Positions 1-13,800 of a stretch of 64,000 nt of DNA are shown here, in pieces. Origin of the DNA: Hyphochytrium catenoides. Taxonomy: Eukaryota; Protista; Hyphochytriomycota. The notes under the pieces were generated by a model. That model did no database searches. It saw nothing but the letters and a program-made list of their open reading frames with translations, and had not been told where the DNA came from. The position numbers and the translations under genes are program-made. The stretch spans positions 26,895 to 90,894 of the forward strand of contig FLMG01002918.1 in assembly GCA_900088475.1 (NCBI GenBank), read 5' to 3'. The number at the start of each line of letters is the position of its first letter. Within the stretch, counting starts at the first letter, position 1.

Positions 1-3000
1 GAGCGAAGGAAACAGCTGAGAGGTGGTCTGCCATTAAGAGAGCAATATGACCTGGCAGGATTATAAGTTTGGGCCTACCTTGTGACAAATGCCTCTTTGG
101 AAGGAATACTGAGAACGGCTTGTGCTTCAGCCAGCTTGAGGGTGACGGGCTGGTCCCGTGGGAGTGATAAGAGATTAACTACATCCGGAAGCGCCAGGGG
201 AGCCTTTTGTTGGGAAGTTTTAGAGCTTTGGGGATCGCTTTTGTTTGGGATCATGTCCATACCTTTGGCGCCATATATGACAAGGGTAGACGAGTAAAGT
301 TCATGCACCAGCTCTCTGCATAAACAAGTACAAAAACAGAGTCCTCACATTCTCCATACACTGGAGAGTCGAACGAGGTTGTGAACTCTAACTTCAAGGT
401 GAGCGAACCCAACCTAAAAAGAAGAGTAAACGCAGTTGATAGGGGCCAGCGTAGTGGAGAAGCAGACTATTTAGTGAAGAGCGGGGATACCCATCTCCCG
501 AAGTGAGCGACAGTAAGAAGACTCCAAGGTTATTTCAGAAGGAGTCCTTCAATGGGTAATGGTGTAACTCGCTTACTTTGTGATGACAGGAAGATCCATG
601 GTCTTCTCCTCTTGTGAACATGGCAGGTCGACAGCGCTGGTCCATTTATCATCAAAGAGGGAGAATTGGAGGGAGACTGAAGAGGACATCGTAGACACGC
701 TTTCCAGCACCTGCCATGTTGGCAACGGTATCTCCCCGCCCGGCAGGAGAGGAAAGGAGCGTGGGGTCCCTGGGAAGTTTAAAAGGTTTTGTGGCAGAGA
801 GATGAAAGACATGTTTGTTTGAGACCAGGAAAACACGAGGAAGCCATAGACCAACGGGGGTGAGCGGCAAAAGTTAGAGCAATAAGGTGACTAACGGGAA
901 GAGACCTAAGAAGTAAGCTCACCGGCACTCTTCTCCTTAATCCTGAACCGTATCGAAGTGGGAAGCAAGCTACATAGGATGGTGCATGGCGACAGAGTAA
1001 CTAGAACTCGTCCATTTTCCCCCATCGCCCTAACTTTGAAGAGATATGGAGGACGCTCCACTGCATGACATTCAATTGTGTTTACAGCGCGGATATCTCG
1101 GTTGGAGGAGATTGGCAGGCCAGTGGACCAAGAGTACTTGTCTGCTTCGTCAGTACGGCTGAGGGTACTTGTCCGCTCCCAAAGAGAGGACGCAGGGCAT
1201 GGTCGCAGGCGCAGCTCCTCTGCCGCGGTGTAACCTATAGGAAGATTATACTCCGAATGGGCCTTGTTTCGTCCGATCGTGATAACCTCATCTTTCCGTT
1301 GGCTCATAACGCCAACCTGGGTATGCGTCAGTATATAGCACGGGAGTAGGTAATAAGGACTGGAGAGACAATGGTCTATCAAGGCGATTAAAGAGCATCT
1401 AGCCATGCAGCAGCAGCAGGAGAAGCAACGCATGCCTCGATTGTAGCCGACAGACTGACCGAATAGCTTTCTTGACAAACAAGAGACTATTATAAAGCAT
1501 GCCTTCGGTGTTTCCACCTACCTCAAAGTCAGTTCCCGTGAGATTCTTCACTCTAACTCTCGAACACAGGGCCAACTGGTACCGTGCAGCACACAACCCC
1601 GACTCTATATACAGAGCAACAGGCGAATGACACGATAGATTGAGACAGACGGCAGGACTACTGGAAGAGCAAGGCCTTAGGTGGTACTTCTGCGGCTCAC
1701 GTTCTCCTATAAATGGACAAATTGACGCTTTCTCAAAGCCGGACAGGCTAACAGTTATAGAGATTTTGCCCTTCTCTCGCACGTCACGCGAAGCTTTCAT
1801 TGTCTTCTCTCCATCCTCCTCACTCTTGTGGACGCACTGCAGCTGTCTTGGTAGAGGCACTTGCAAAGTGCCACTTACTGGGAGATGGCACCTGAGCTCT
1901 TCATACTCGTCCAGTGTAATATCTAACGACTCTCCGCAGTTATTGACAAGTTGGAGGCTGCCATGCACGCTTCCTTGGCACTTGCGTTCCTTCCCATTGA
2001 TGATGGCCTGACAAGTCTCCCAGCTTTGTACTAGTGTCTGCACCATATCCTCAGAGAGACAAGCCATCAGGGGAGATGAGACCTACAAAAAAGGGAGAAG
2101 GCGAGCGAATCTTAGTTGATGGCACAGCAGGAGACAGATATCACGAGTGACAGGCCGTTCTATCCTGTACTAGCCTTAGTGTGACAATTCAAACAAACCT
2201 AGGCGGACGGGTAGATGGCAAAGCAACGTCTTAACTCTTGGAGGACGTCTCACTCTCGCTTCTTCTCCCTCCTTCTTTCCCCTAAGAAGCATAGTCTCTA
2301 TCCTCGCGAATGTGAACGCATGTGCCTCCTACGGAGCCTTACCTCCACGTTAAGGTTTCCTAGGTTCATGTTCAGCTTTTTTTTGTTGGGATCGCCAGCA
2401 TTTGTACCTCTCTTATAAGCGTCGGACGTTGCTAAGGCAGAGGAGAGGGCAATACCATGGAACGTGTACGTTATGCAGCAGTGCACAGGTTGGAGCAGAG
2501 AGTCCCAAGAGAAAGAGAAGGGGTTATAATAAAGACATGAAAGGGAGATATCCAACCGATAGTCGAAGGAAGAAAGGGCAGAAGAGGGAGTGTGTGACTC
2601 TAACGATCCCAGCGACACCGAAGGAGAGCTGCCAGTGGTGGGGGAGGGACCCTTGGGCACACGGATCCGGACGATGGCAGCTGGGATCTCAAAGGAGATG
2701 AGAGGAAGATTTCTTCCGTCCCAGTCATTTCTGACGTTCAGTCGTAGCCTTTCTACGCTTGTTAGGCTTTCGAAGCTGTGAAGCGCGTATGATAGATCTT
2801 TGAGGACATTTTGAAAGTCTCCATTGAGGCTTTCCAGAAACCTTCTCAACGCAGGAAAGAAGCCCCCTTGTCCGCTCCGCTCTGCTTTCAAGGTTTGCTG
2901 TCTCCTGAAACGCATACGCAGAGGTCGAGGAAGCGCCTTACAAACAGCAAGTACATCCTCGACACCAAGACCTTCAGCCTCATTGCCTTCAATTTGTATC

Positions 3001-6000
3001 AGCTGATCCCCATCCATTATGCCTAATAAGGCCGCTTGGCCGTCGGCCTTGACCGAATCTATAAAAATGCCCTGCAATGCGAGGGCCGTTAGCAGACTGG
3101 ACAGGACAAATTGGATAATGTCCAGGCATATTAATCGCTCTTTCTCGTTGAACTTTTACTCGACTACACGGTCTCCCAACAGCGTTCTCTCTGCCCAGAC
3201 TGTCATCCTCTTAGCTTACGTGCCTTCACTCCTCTGAAGGCATTGATCCGCTAATACCCCTGATCTAACGGTGTTTCTTACCCGTTGCTTTCTTGTAATC
3301 ACTATGCCCAACGGTCCTTCTTGGAAAGAAGAGTCAAAGACCATCGTCTGCCCCTCTAGTGGTTCTCCAGACGTTGGGTGGCTTATGAAGGATCGGAGGG
3401 CAGAGAGGCGTCCTAGAGGGACCAGCGCTCCAGAGAATATTGATGAGAAGATCGTAACGTTAGAGAGCCCTAGGTCAAGATCAATGGCGCTGATATTGGA
3501 CGAAAAAGAGAGGAAAACCGGACTCATCGGTTGTCTACCCCTTTCTTGGTTGTGCGTCTCTCCTGACTGAGCCATGGCCGTCCTAGCGGTCAACACACCA
3601 TTCAGCTTCACGGGAGCTCTCAGAATAGGAACATTTAGCCCATTCTGGACGTGAAAGATGATCTGCCTTTGAGTATCCGCTCTCCTATCACTGCCAGAAG
3701 CTTTGCATGTCGTCTGACCCAATGACTCTGCATAGCCTCTTCGTGCTGTCGAACTCGTGTTCTCATCAAGCCGGACCACGCCTATCCTGTCCACAATAGC
3801 CTTTCCTACCAGGACCTTCGTCTCACCCTCCAGCGCAATAGCGTCCCACATCGTAGAGATATGCAGTTGCCCGCTGCCTTTCCCATGAGCAAAGAGATAC
3901 TCCGAAGCAGAAGCGGGGAGAACTATCCAGGTAGAACCAACATGGAGCTAATGCAACAGCTAGTTAGACAGGTGGCATATGGACACAGACTTTTCCCCTC
4001 AAGGATACCTTAGAGGACGGCAGCACATGGAACGTAAAGAGCGTACAACTTCTGCCCACGAAAAAGCTAGCAGAGGAGATCAAGAAATTTGACAGAAGGA
4101 CAGCAAGATTCACTTCACCTCCATGTCCAAGTTTATATTCACTGCTTCAATCCATGCTGGAGACTTCCTAAAGTCTTCCGTCTCTTCCACTTTGGGCAGC
4201 TCGTTTGTTGCCATGTCCGTGCCACTGTCCGAGTCTAATGCCAGAAGCTTCTTAGCCACATAATCTACCGCCATAACGGTCCTATCTAAGCTCTGCCAGT
4301 CGCAATAGAGAAAAATAATCTCCTCAGTTGCGCTCTCTTTCGTTCGGGCATCTGTCACCATCTGTTTCTGATAATGATAGTGAGCAGCCTTTAGCGTCTG
4401 CTCCTCGCAAATTCTAAACTTGACGAATGTGCGATGTTGCTCGAGGCCCAGATGGAGCGCGACGCGGGAACCCATGCGCATTGGGTCACACTGATTTGAA
4501 AGATGTCCAATAGAGAGTAGCTGGGCGCCGTTGATGCCGTCCACAATCTTTACGCTCTCGAGGAGGAAGTCCAAAGTGAAAGACTTTAGCTTTCTGTTAG
4601 CCTGAGCCTCAAGAGATCTCACCTCGACCCAAAAATTGAACTTCTCGACGTCATCTTCTTTGCTTCCTCCCTCTACGGCCACCACAAGGAGAGGGATCGT
4701 AACGGAGCAAGAGAGGGGCATTCTTCCTCCCTTGAAATTTGGTGCCGTACTCTCACCAGGAAATAATGCCCAATACTGGCTATAAAGAGAGGGAAGGACG
4801 TGGAGAAGATGAGATAGGGTATCAGGAGTGAGCTTGAGTTCAACTTTCTCAGCTTGAATCGAAACGGCAAGCGAAGGATCAGCAATCGTCTGAAGCCTCA
4901 GCTCTCTCTTGACCACTTCTAAAGATGGTTGGATCTGGACACGGAGGGTAAGAGGATTCAAAAATATGCTCCTCTTCTCCCGCCCTCTGCCCACTTTGAC
5001 GTCGAAATCTCGAACAAGGCCTTCAAGAGCAATGGAATTTTCTCTGGCAGCAGAGGCAGCCGTGGCCAAACTAGAAGGCATGTTCGGCCGCAGATCCAAC
5101 TCCTTCACGGACAGAAGAATCCAAGCGAAGGAGGTCGAGGCTGAGGAGGTTGCTTCGCCTCTTCCAGTGTCGACTTTGAGCTGTAGCCTTGCTAGTGTTA
5201 GGGACACGTGATCAGGGACCAAGAATGAGGAGCCTTGGGGAGGCCGTTGGGAGAGCGAGGGGGGAAGCTGAAGGAGAGACAAAATAGTAAGGACCTGCGT
5301 GGCTTCACTTATAGATATAGTGCATTGCAACCCACGGACTTGTCCTCTAATCTCGTCCACTCTTGACTCCATCGGCCTTTCGGAGACGCTCTTTCGACGA
5401 ATCTGAAGCTGCACAAACTGGCTCTTCCTCTCTTTCTGCAACGTTCGTCGTCCCGCTTCCCCTCCAATGCAGACCACTGAGAAGTCTCTCGCCTCTACTT
5501 CCTGCCTCCAAGTATAGTCGAGACAGTTCATTGAGAGTGTAGAGATACTGAACACTAAGGATGCACTTTGTAGAAGTTCACCGTCTACACAGGCCAGTCT
5601 TCCAAGAAGGCTAGCCGCGCTGGTGATTTGGATTGTACACAAGCTTCCTTCTTGCTCATGTTTGATCATCTCTTGCTCATGTGTGACCACGAGTCCCTGA
5701 CAGAGGAGAATAAAATCTTGGTTTTGTTGCAGTGAGTGGTCATCTTTCTTCCTTTCCCTCGTTCTGCCTGGAATGATCGCTGCAAATTGCCCCACGTTCA
5801 AAGTGACCGTCCAACTATCCGCTGGAAGCTCATCAGCCTCGCTCTTCCTAATAGATTCCACTAAGGGCGAGAGCTGGTGGGTAAGAGTAACAAACAGAAT
5901 TAAGGTCCAAGGACGAATGATGAGGGCGATCCTGTTGATATGGACAGAGATGCCATACGAAGTTCTCCTTTCCTTTGCGATCAACTCTCTTTCTTGCTCC

Positions 6001-9000
6001 CTCTGTCTACCCGCCATGGAGATACTGATCCCTATGCCTTCTGTGGGCTTCGAACTTTCAAGTGCGAAGACTTCTTCCACTTTTGTTGCGTGGAGGAAAG
6101 AACAGAGATGGCAGGCTAAGGCTGATAGCTGAATCTTCGTTAAGCTTTCTTCTCCATCAAAACACGTTGTTGATAGGGAAAAGCCCCTAAGGGAGACCCT
6201 TAGGAAGGGCGAAGCGAGACTGTTGGACGGAAGGAAGGGAGCTAGATCCGAGAGGTCCAGAGGCACAGATACTGTTGCCGCGGATAAATGGATGGAGAGC
6301 TCCAGAGTGGTTTGACGTTCTTGTGAGGGGATGTGATACGGTTTGTCTTTGCTCATTTTCTCGCCAAATGAAAGCGAAGAGAATAGTAAGATAAGGTTCT
6401 GGAGCTTCTGCATCTCAGCTGGAAGATTGAGGATTGCTTCTTCTCCTCTGTCAGTTGCTACAGAGATCCGATGCCGGGTGAACGCCCCCATCGCTGCCAC
6501 GTCAACGTCTAGGTGGAGATGTGAGAGGAGAAGGAGCGGAGAGGAAGGAAGTCCAGACGGAGAGTGAAGTGCCGACTGTTTAAGCTCCAGACGCCGAACT
6601 TCAAACGAAAATCTGTCTGCGGCATTGTCTAGGCTCTCATAGCACTGTTCATGTCCGCACTCCTCTTCGGCAACCTCTTGCGGTAGCCACCAGCGCTGAA
6701 TAAAGGACATCCCAAGCTCCACCTCTCCGAGAGCAAGGTCTATCCCCCCATTCCTTATCTGCTCCTGCGTCGTTTGCTTTGGGCTCTTTCTACTCCTATC
6801 ATCTCTATGATAGTTCTGCGTGACGATTGAAGAGAGCGAGCCAAGATATTGAACTTCTATTCCCTTCCCTATGAGTCTCAAGGAGAAGTGTCTCTTCACC
6901 CGGGATGGTAGATACAGCTTGCGGTTCTTTGGGAGCCGTCCTGCTCTGGTTATGTCCTCCTTGGTAACCTCTACCCACGCAGGGATGCGAAGGAACGCTA
7001 TCAGAAGCTGGAGAAGAGGCGGCGAGAGTATGATCACTACGTCGTTCACCTCAACCATGAGCGAGGTTACGGATTGATCTCTAAAATTTCGCCGGTTGTG
7101 AAGGCTCAAGAAGACTGACCCCGGACCCTCAGGGAGGACTGCTCCTTCTTTTCCAGTGACGTTGCTGCATTTCTTACCGCATACTAAAGGAGAGCTGGAC
7201 GGAGAGGAAGGGAAGAGAGAACGGCAGTTCTTCGCTGCCCGGATAAGAATCGAGTCGAGGTTGATATCCACCGCCAAGGATTTATCCATGTACGATCGAA
7301 CAAGAGCACCTCCAGCGAATGTGAGCGTCAAAAATCGACCAACGTCTTCGCCACCGATCGTTGCTGCACGTCCGCCGGTGGGAGTATGTACAAGATTGAA
7401 CGTCCCAGCAAGGACTTGAATTCCCACCTGCACGCTGAGAAGGGCAACTTGTGACTGCCCAGAGGTGTTGTTTGCTTGGCCGTGTTCATCGTAGACATCT
7501 ACACGTGGAATCAAGTCTGTCTGAATACACTGGAAGGTCGTATCCAGCTCGCCTAACTCTGTCTGGGCAAAGAGAAGCTCTTCCCAATCCTCGTCTTCCT
7601 CCCACGGCTTGTCTCCTATCTCACCCTCACCCTCGGATCCATCACCGCCTTCGTTGATATCGATGAGGATAAGAGCTTCATCCTCTTCCTCGTCCTCCAT
7701 CATCCTTAAATTAGGGGATGGGATAGAGATACGGCTGGAATCCTGCCCACTTGCCCCCTCACTCCCGAGAGGCTTGGAAAGACGGCATTGAGGACACTTC
7801 TCCAGGCCTTCCTCTTCTTTTGACGACGAATTTCCTCTCCCATTCTCGTCTCATGCCTATCCTCTTCTCCAGTCGCTTCCTTCGATCGAAGCTCTAAGAC
7901 CTCAGAAATGACGATAGAACGCAGGTGGAGGACATCCGAGACAGAAAGATCGTCTTCCAATGCAATCAACTTATCTTCCAGCAAAGCTTGAATCACTTCC
8001 GCTTCATTGTAGGCTCCAGGCGGGTGTTGATAAGCCTGCACAGCGGCCCTATCTCTGTCGATGGCCTGTCCGGAAAAGCCTTCCCTATCTCCCTCTTTCT
8101 GATGCTGCTTTAGAAGCACGTAGCGCTTATATGTAGAGAGATACCTAGTCCTGAGCAGCAAACTCTCAACCACCTTCTTCCACTCTTCCTTCCTCTTCTT
8201 CCTGGTGTTCTTGACCTGCAGAAGAACGCAACGAAAGGCATACTGCCACCATTCCCGAATTGTGTCGCTCTTTCCCGCCGCCCTGGTGTCTCTGGGCCGG
8301 TATTTGCGCACAGCAGAGTACATCTCTGCTCTCAAGACCGCACGCCATAAGAAGGTCAAATCCACCAGCTGCTCATGGGAAAGGGATAGGCGCACCTAAG
8401 CCGAAGACACACGGAAAGGGTAAGTAATAACGTCCAGCGAGCCGCGAACACACAGCCTGGTCGTAGCAATCTCAGGTACAAGAATTAGAGTATCGATATT
8501 GTAGACTAGTGAAAACGATGCAAAAGAAACCCCAGTCAAGTGGAAAGAGAGCACAAAGAGTGTGGCCACATAGGGAGACAGCAAGGATAGAGTAAAGCAC
8601 GGTATAAATTGGCGCTCATTGATAAGTGAGAAGACTATTAACTCAGTACGAATAGCAACGGTTCTCGATCCGCGTTTTCCACTACCTCTTGCAGAAGTAT
8701 CTGGAGTTGCGTTCCAGGCATATCTGGATCCGTAGGAGTGTTGGATGTGATGCGTGCTTCAATGTCAAGCTCCTCCAGAAGAAGTTGATGGGATGACTAC
8801 CGGGTAGAACAACGGGAGAGAGTCAGACAGAGTTGGAGAATATACGTAAGTTACAGCTATATAGCGCAAAACGCAAAGAACAAGCTGTAACAAAGCGAGA
8901 TATTAAGCGGAGTCAGATTAAAGAGAGGAGCTCGCTCTCTGCTGTTGAGCCAGGCTAAACAATCTTACTTTGAGCTGGGAGAAGTCGGATTGCATTGCCG

Positions 9001-10361
9001 CATTCGCAGCAGAAGCAGATAGAGAGGATAGCCGCTCTTCAGTGCCATCCCAATATACCTAAATATGAATCAGTTAGAACAAAATATACGGCCAATTATC
9101 TACCTTGAACCCTTGATAAGATGGAGAGCCTAGGCGTACGGAGGGCAATGGGAACGTGGAGGGGGAAGCTGTAGATGGCAATGCTGGTCCGGGTCATGTC
9201 TTGCAAAGTTGCCTGCAGCCCTACCTTTAGCCTCTTAACCTCCGCTTTCCTGTGGGTGCACGTAGTCCTTCTCTTCTCCTCTTGTCTGACAAAAGAGCGG
9301 GCTCCTGTCGCGTCAGTCGTCCAAAGTCGAAACTCTCTCATCACCACGCCCACAGCGAAGGGCCGGACGGAGGAGCTGCCATCCTCGTACCGCAAATGAA
9401 TGTTGGACACGGTAACCTGAGTCGAAGACAGTGTAAGCAGATGCCCGAGGAAGCGTGAGTTCGATAGCTCAACAGTGAACAAGGCTGATACGAGATACAT
9501 GTCACCAGTAGACAGAGGCAAAAGGGGACGAAGCTGCTCGTCGATGGACAAAGAACTGAAGTCTTACTTCAATATTCTCTAGAATGGCCGCGAGGAGTTT
9601 ATCAATGTAAGGTATCCCAGTCGTCTGACTCCGCGCTGCGCTTGCGGTGCCTGTCAATGGAGATGCTAGTTAGTTGGCTAGTTCCCCTCCTTTCCACCCA
9701 TTACCGCGGCTTAGTGAGTGCTCATTCTCCTATGTCTATATATCTCCTTTTCGCTGGTCTGGTTCTGTCCTGTCGAGTACTCTCTCTCATCCCCACAGCG
9801 CTCCTCACTAGCACTCTTCGCTTCTTCTTTACCAGCTGCTCCTGGGATGCGTAAGGCCATTGAAGCCAGTCGTATGGCTGTTTGCTTCGCTGCACGCTTC
9901 TGTCTTTGATACTAAAGAATTAGCTCTTAGGCACCAGGCATAACCACGAAGGCAGCTTAAGAGTGCAGAGTTAAATTCTTCTACCTCATCCTCGTTCCAG
10001 TCCGCCGCAGAGAGAGGCCCGGAAAGAATGCAGAGTCCGTCTAAAGCCACCCTTACTGGCTCACTACACATCATGCAATGAGCAAGATAATTTTTCTTGG
10101 AGCAGTCGAGAGCTCAACTTACCTTGTTAAATTCGCCCACGGAATATGGACCCGTACCGAGTGCAGACGACCGCATAGGATTCGGAAAGGCAAGTGGAGG
10201 TCTTCCAACGCCTGCGCCTTCAGACGAAGGTCATTGGCCCGGATGTTGCCACTCCAGAGTCCGACTCTGAGGGTCTTGGCATTTAGACCTTCAACATAGG
10301 CTCCGAGATACTCCTGCAAGACGCCCAGAAGGAGCTTCTTGAGGATGTTGTACGGCACCAT
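1..10361 (-). CDS. VPS13: VPS13-family (chorein) lipid-transfer protein, multi-exon, 3' end beyond the left edge of the window
   Basis: Exon 1 (10361-10123) MVPYNILKKLLLGVLQEYLGAYVEGLNAKTLRVGLWSGNIRANDLRLKAQALEDLHLPFRILCGRLHSVRVHIPWANL is a classic Chorein_N start. It splices in phase (intron 10064-10122) to SEPVRVALDGLCIL. Later exons read QVTVSNIHLRYED..PFAVGVVMREF and YRPRD..IREWWQYAFRCVL, then a ~3.6 kb exon (to ~4110), LSCLYYNPFSFSWDSLLQP and VAB/SHR-BD-like segments (SRVRVKNLTGTDFEV; LSPCTILCSLLPTSIRFRI). Confidence 0.93.
2901..3345 (-). other. PDZ domain inside the VPS13 gene, split by a phase-0 intron (3072-3281)
   Basis: Spliced peptide FDSSFQEGPLGIVITRKQR|GIFIDSVKADGQAALLGIMDGDQLIQIEGNEAEGLGVEDVLAVCKALPRPLRMRFRR has the GLGF-like loop (GPLGI), the GD-x-h-h-x-h-x-G motif and the RP-h-x-h-x-F end. 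Confidence 0.85.
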
Positions 10362-10884
10362 GCTGTCCTCCCGTCAAGGCACTTCATCGGAGGACCATCC
10401 TTGAGGTGCTGGGTTTGGCCATCACCTCCGTCCTTCGCAGGTCCTCTATACGCCTCATGATCCCTTGAACCCAGACATAGCCTATGGCTGGTTTGCTTGA
10501 GCCTCACAAGCTCCTCGCGCCGGCTAAGCTCCGCAGGCGCGCTATATTCACTGACCTCTGACCACCCGACAGAGATTTGCTTGTCATCCTCAGCGTCCGA
10601 AGATCCTCCAACAAGAGATTGCACGAAGCTCTTCGTTCCTTCCCTTCGGAACACTGCAAATTTCGCAACTGATGGAAGTCTTCACACGGTAATTTGTCAA
10701 GTTAAATTAGGATTGGGAACCAGGTTCATACAGATTCCAAGCAAAATGAAGTCGGAAGAATTGAATTCAGAATATCGATTGAGTCTATGAGGAATGCGTT
10801 TGACGGATTTCGTTTAGTTTTTATCTTATTGTCAATTTTGGGAGCTGGGAGAGGCAGAATCGGCTTTGATGAGACGAAACAACT

Positions 10885-13800
10885 TTATGACGATAGAGAC
10901 GATGATTTCGCCCGCGTGGTCCGCGGCCTCGCGCGGGACATGATGTCGGCGTTGAGGTCTACTAAGATCGCTGCCGCTGTGGGTGAGCCTGGAGATTGCC
11001 GATGAGGTCCTGCATCTGCTTTAGCCTCCCCTCTGCCCGCGCCTTTCTTCGTGTCTAATTCAGTGCTCGTTGGTCGTTTCTTCCCCGACTCGCGTGAGCC
11101 CTCTGGTGAGCCCCGGACAGCGGGACCTTTGGAGGTGCCTCTACCGCTGGGAGATTGACCGGCCGTCGATGCTTTGAAGGCTTTGGCGGTTCGGGAGGGC
11201 AGAGATGAAAAGGGTATCACGACTGACAGAGGACTTGAGCCTGGTTGCACGAGCGGCTCAGAAGGTTCATCCTCGCTCTCTTGTTCTTGAATAGGAGAAA
11301 GTGTGCTATCCTTGCCCGATGACTGGTCTTTCTCTAACTGCATAAGGCTTGACTTAAGACTTCGCTTAGCTTTAGATCCCTTCTTCTGCTCAGCCGTCGT
11401 CTGCATGGCCTCGGTAGCACTTCTCTTTCTAGATACTGGGGTGGCGCTTTTACTTCTTTCCTTTCGGTGCCCCTCGGTCCCCTTGTTCGGACTATCCTTA
11501 CTTGCTGCTTTCTTCTTCTGCGTGCTTTTGGATCCGCGCGCGCTAGTCCCTCGTGTTGGAGTCATGGCACTGCCGAACCAATTCAGCCTGGGGTCAGCTA
11601 CAAATAGGCTAATATTACCTAGAAGAGGCTCAAAGCACCGCAAAACAACTGCACCAGGCAAATCCGTAGAGGTTGAGGAGTGAAGGATAGGAACTTGATG
11701 GAAGAAGCCATGACAAGGAGTGGAGATGAGGCGTCCTCAAAAAAAGAAGAGCACACCTGTCCAGTAATGCTGGTGAGTCCTTTGCCACTGCTAGAAGTAA
11801 ATGATGAAGGCCCTCCGAGTGCACTGCAGGAGAAGACGATGACCGTGAAGTTCGTCGCCCGCCGAAATTCAAAAGTGCCGCCCCAGCCAACACGTCGTCT
11901 CGCTCGGAAGAGAAGTCTCCTCCTCGTCCTGCTTCCAGTCCACTGCCTAGACGTCTCGATTTGGCAGTTCTACGGAGAGCGAGAGCCTTTCGTTAAAGAC
12001 TATTCTGTACTTGCAGAGGAGAAGTCCATACCTCTTCTTGTGTCCTTCTTCCTCCTCACTCTGCAACGTGATGAGCTTGGCGTTCCGTGGCGCGAAAAGC
12101 CGCCATCGCAGAGGCTATCCAGAGAACTGGGATCAGCGTCCCGAGACAAAACAATGCTTGATGGAAATATGGGTAGCATCCTCACCTTCGCTAGAGAAGT
12201 TGGCGCCTGTTGCTGCTCAAGCTCCCCGTCCAATATCTGGGTCTATCAGAGTGATGGGCACATACAATTGTTTAGGAAAACAATGAGCGCTCTCTCGGAT
12301 GCCCCTTCCTCTGTGTCAGATCTTACTTCTCTCCACGCATAGCTCATTCTCCCTAAATTCTACATTCTACCATCTTTCGTGATTCTGACCTGCAATTTGA
12401 GCTCTGTCATCCTATCTAGCATCCAAGAAAGCACAGGGAGAGTCTGCTCAGCTCGGCCGCCAATGGTAACCACTAGCTTTTGATTTATATAGGTCTAGGA
12501 GGGTTCGCATGAAGAGAAAGACATACCGGCAATTGCTGAGATGAGCAGTATTAAGGTCACAGTTCATCCACGGACGACCCATGCAAAACCAGCGTTATGG
12601 CGGTAGGGACAAGACGGGTATGGCACGAACTCAGCTAGGGAAGAAAGAAGTTTCAAGGAAAGCGAGACCGGTAGACTTGGGCAATTACTTACCCCCTCAA
12701 CCTCGTGCAGCCCTGCCGCTATTTGGCTCGCCTCGACGTTGAATTCAAACATCTAAAGAAGCCAAGTCTTAGAAATGCTATTTTCCCCGTTTATTGCTTC
12801 TCCTTCTGTCCCTGCTCTCAACTTTCCACGTGTGCCCCTTTGCACTCAGGTTCTTCTTCTTCTTCGTCAATTCCAAGCCATTTCAATGTCTCTTTCTAAA
12901 GGAAATCGTTAACGGCTTACCGGGATGCTCCTCTTTGCGGCTGCCTTCAGGGCCTAGAAAAAGATAGGTGTGATACTGTAAACCTTACGCACCAAGCAAG
13001 CTGGCGTATCTTACCTCGATAGCCACCTTGACAGAGATTGAGGTGCCAACAAACATTAAAGCCTCTGCCTCGTCCAGCAAATCGCCCACCTGCACAAAAG
13101 CGGGGAAGAGAAGCACATGTAGTCCGCCGCGAAGCGTTCATAAGCTGAGCCCCTCCGATCTTGACAGAAGTAATATGCCAATGATGCCTTGCCTTCTTCC
13201 ATTGATAAAACTCATTTGATGTATATTCCTCATCGAAGAAAAGGGCCTAGAAATGACATAAAGAGCATAAGTTTGTCATCTTCCGCTGAGTCGAATCCCT
13301 GTCTCTCAATAAAGGTTAACCAAGACAACTGAACTGTGAATTTACCTGGGGTAGAATGGCTTCTTTGCAAGATGGACAGTGCGGCACCTGCTTAAGCTGT
13401 GGAGAAGACGTTAGGGGTGCTTTTCTTGGGAGCTTTGTGGTATTCTCTTTTCTAAGCTTTAGCTCCTATCTTCATCTCTCAGCCCTCACCTTCCAGACAT
13501 CCTTTTGTTGAGTCGTAGAGTGTTCAAATGAGAAAGGTAAACGTATGACGATGCTCAGCGACGCGTTAGTCTACCTTACAATCACAGAGCCACCTACCCC
13601 ATGTACTGGCCGAAGGAAGGATAATAGCATGTTTTGGTCGAGAGTTGGAGGAGAGGTGAGATCAGATCACCGGCTTTCACTTGTCTTAGATACATTTCTT
13701 TGCTTTCCTGTACCTTCGATGAGTCTTTCCCAGCCAATCTCTTCACGCGAGAGCGATCCCTTCGATTTTCTGCAGGCAGCATTGACACATTTATAGAGCC

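Noticed and set aside
11680-12342. 220-aa plus-strand ORF
   Set aside because: It is antisense to in-phase spliced exons of the sirtuin tail and has no recognisable domain.
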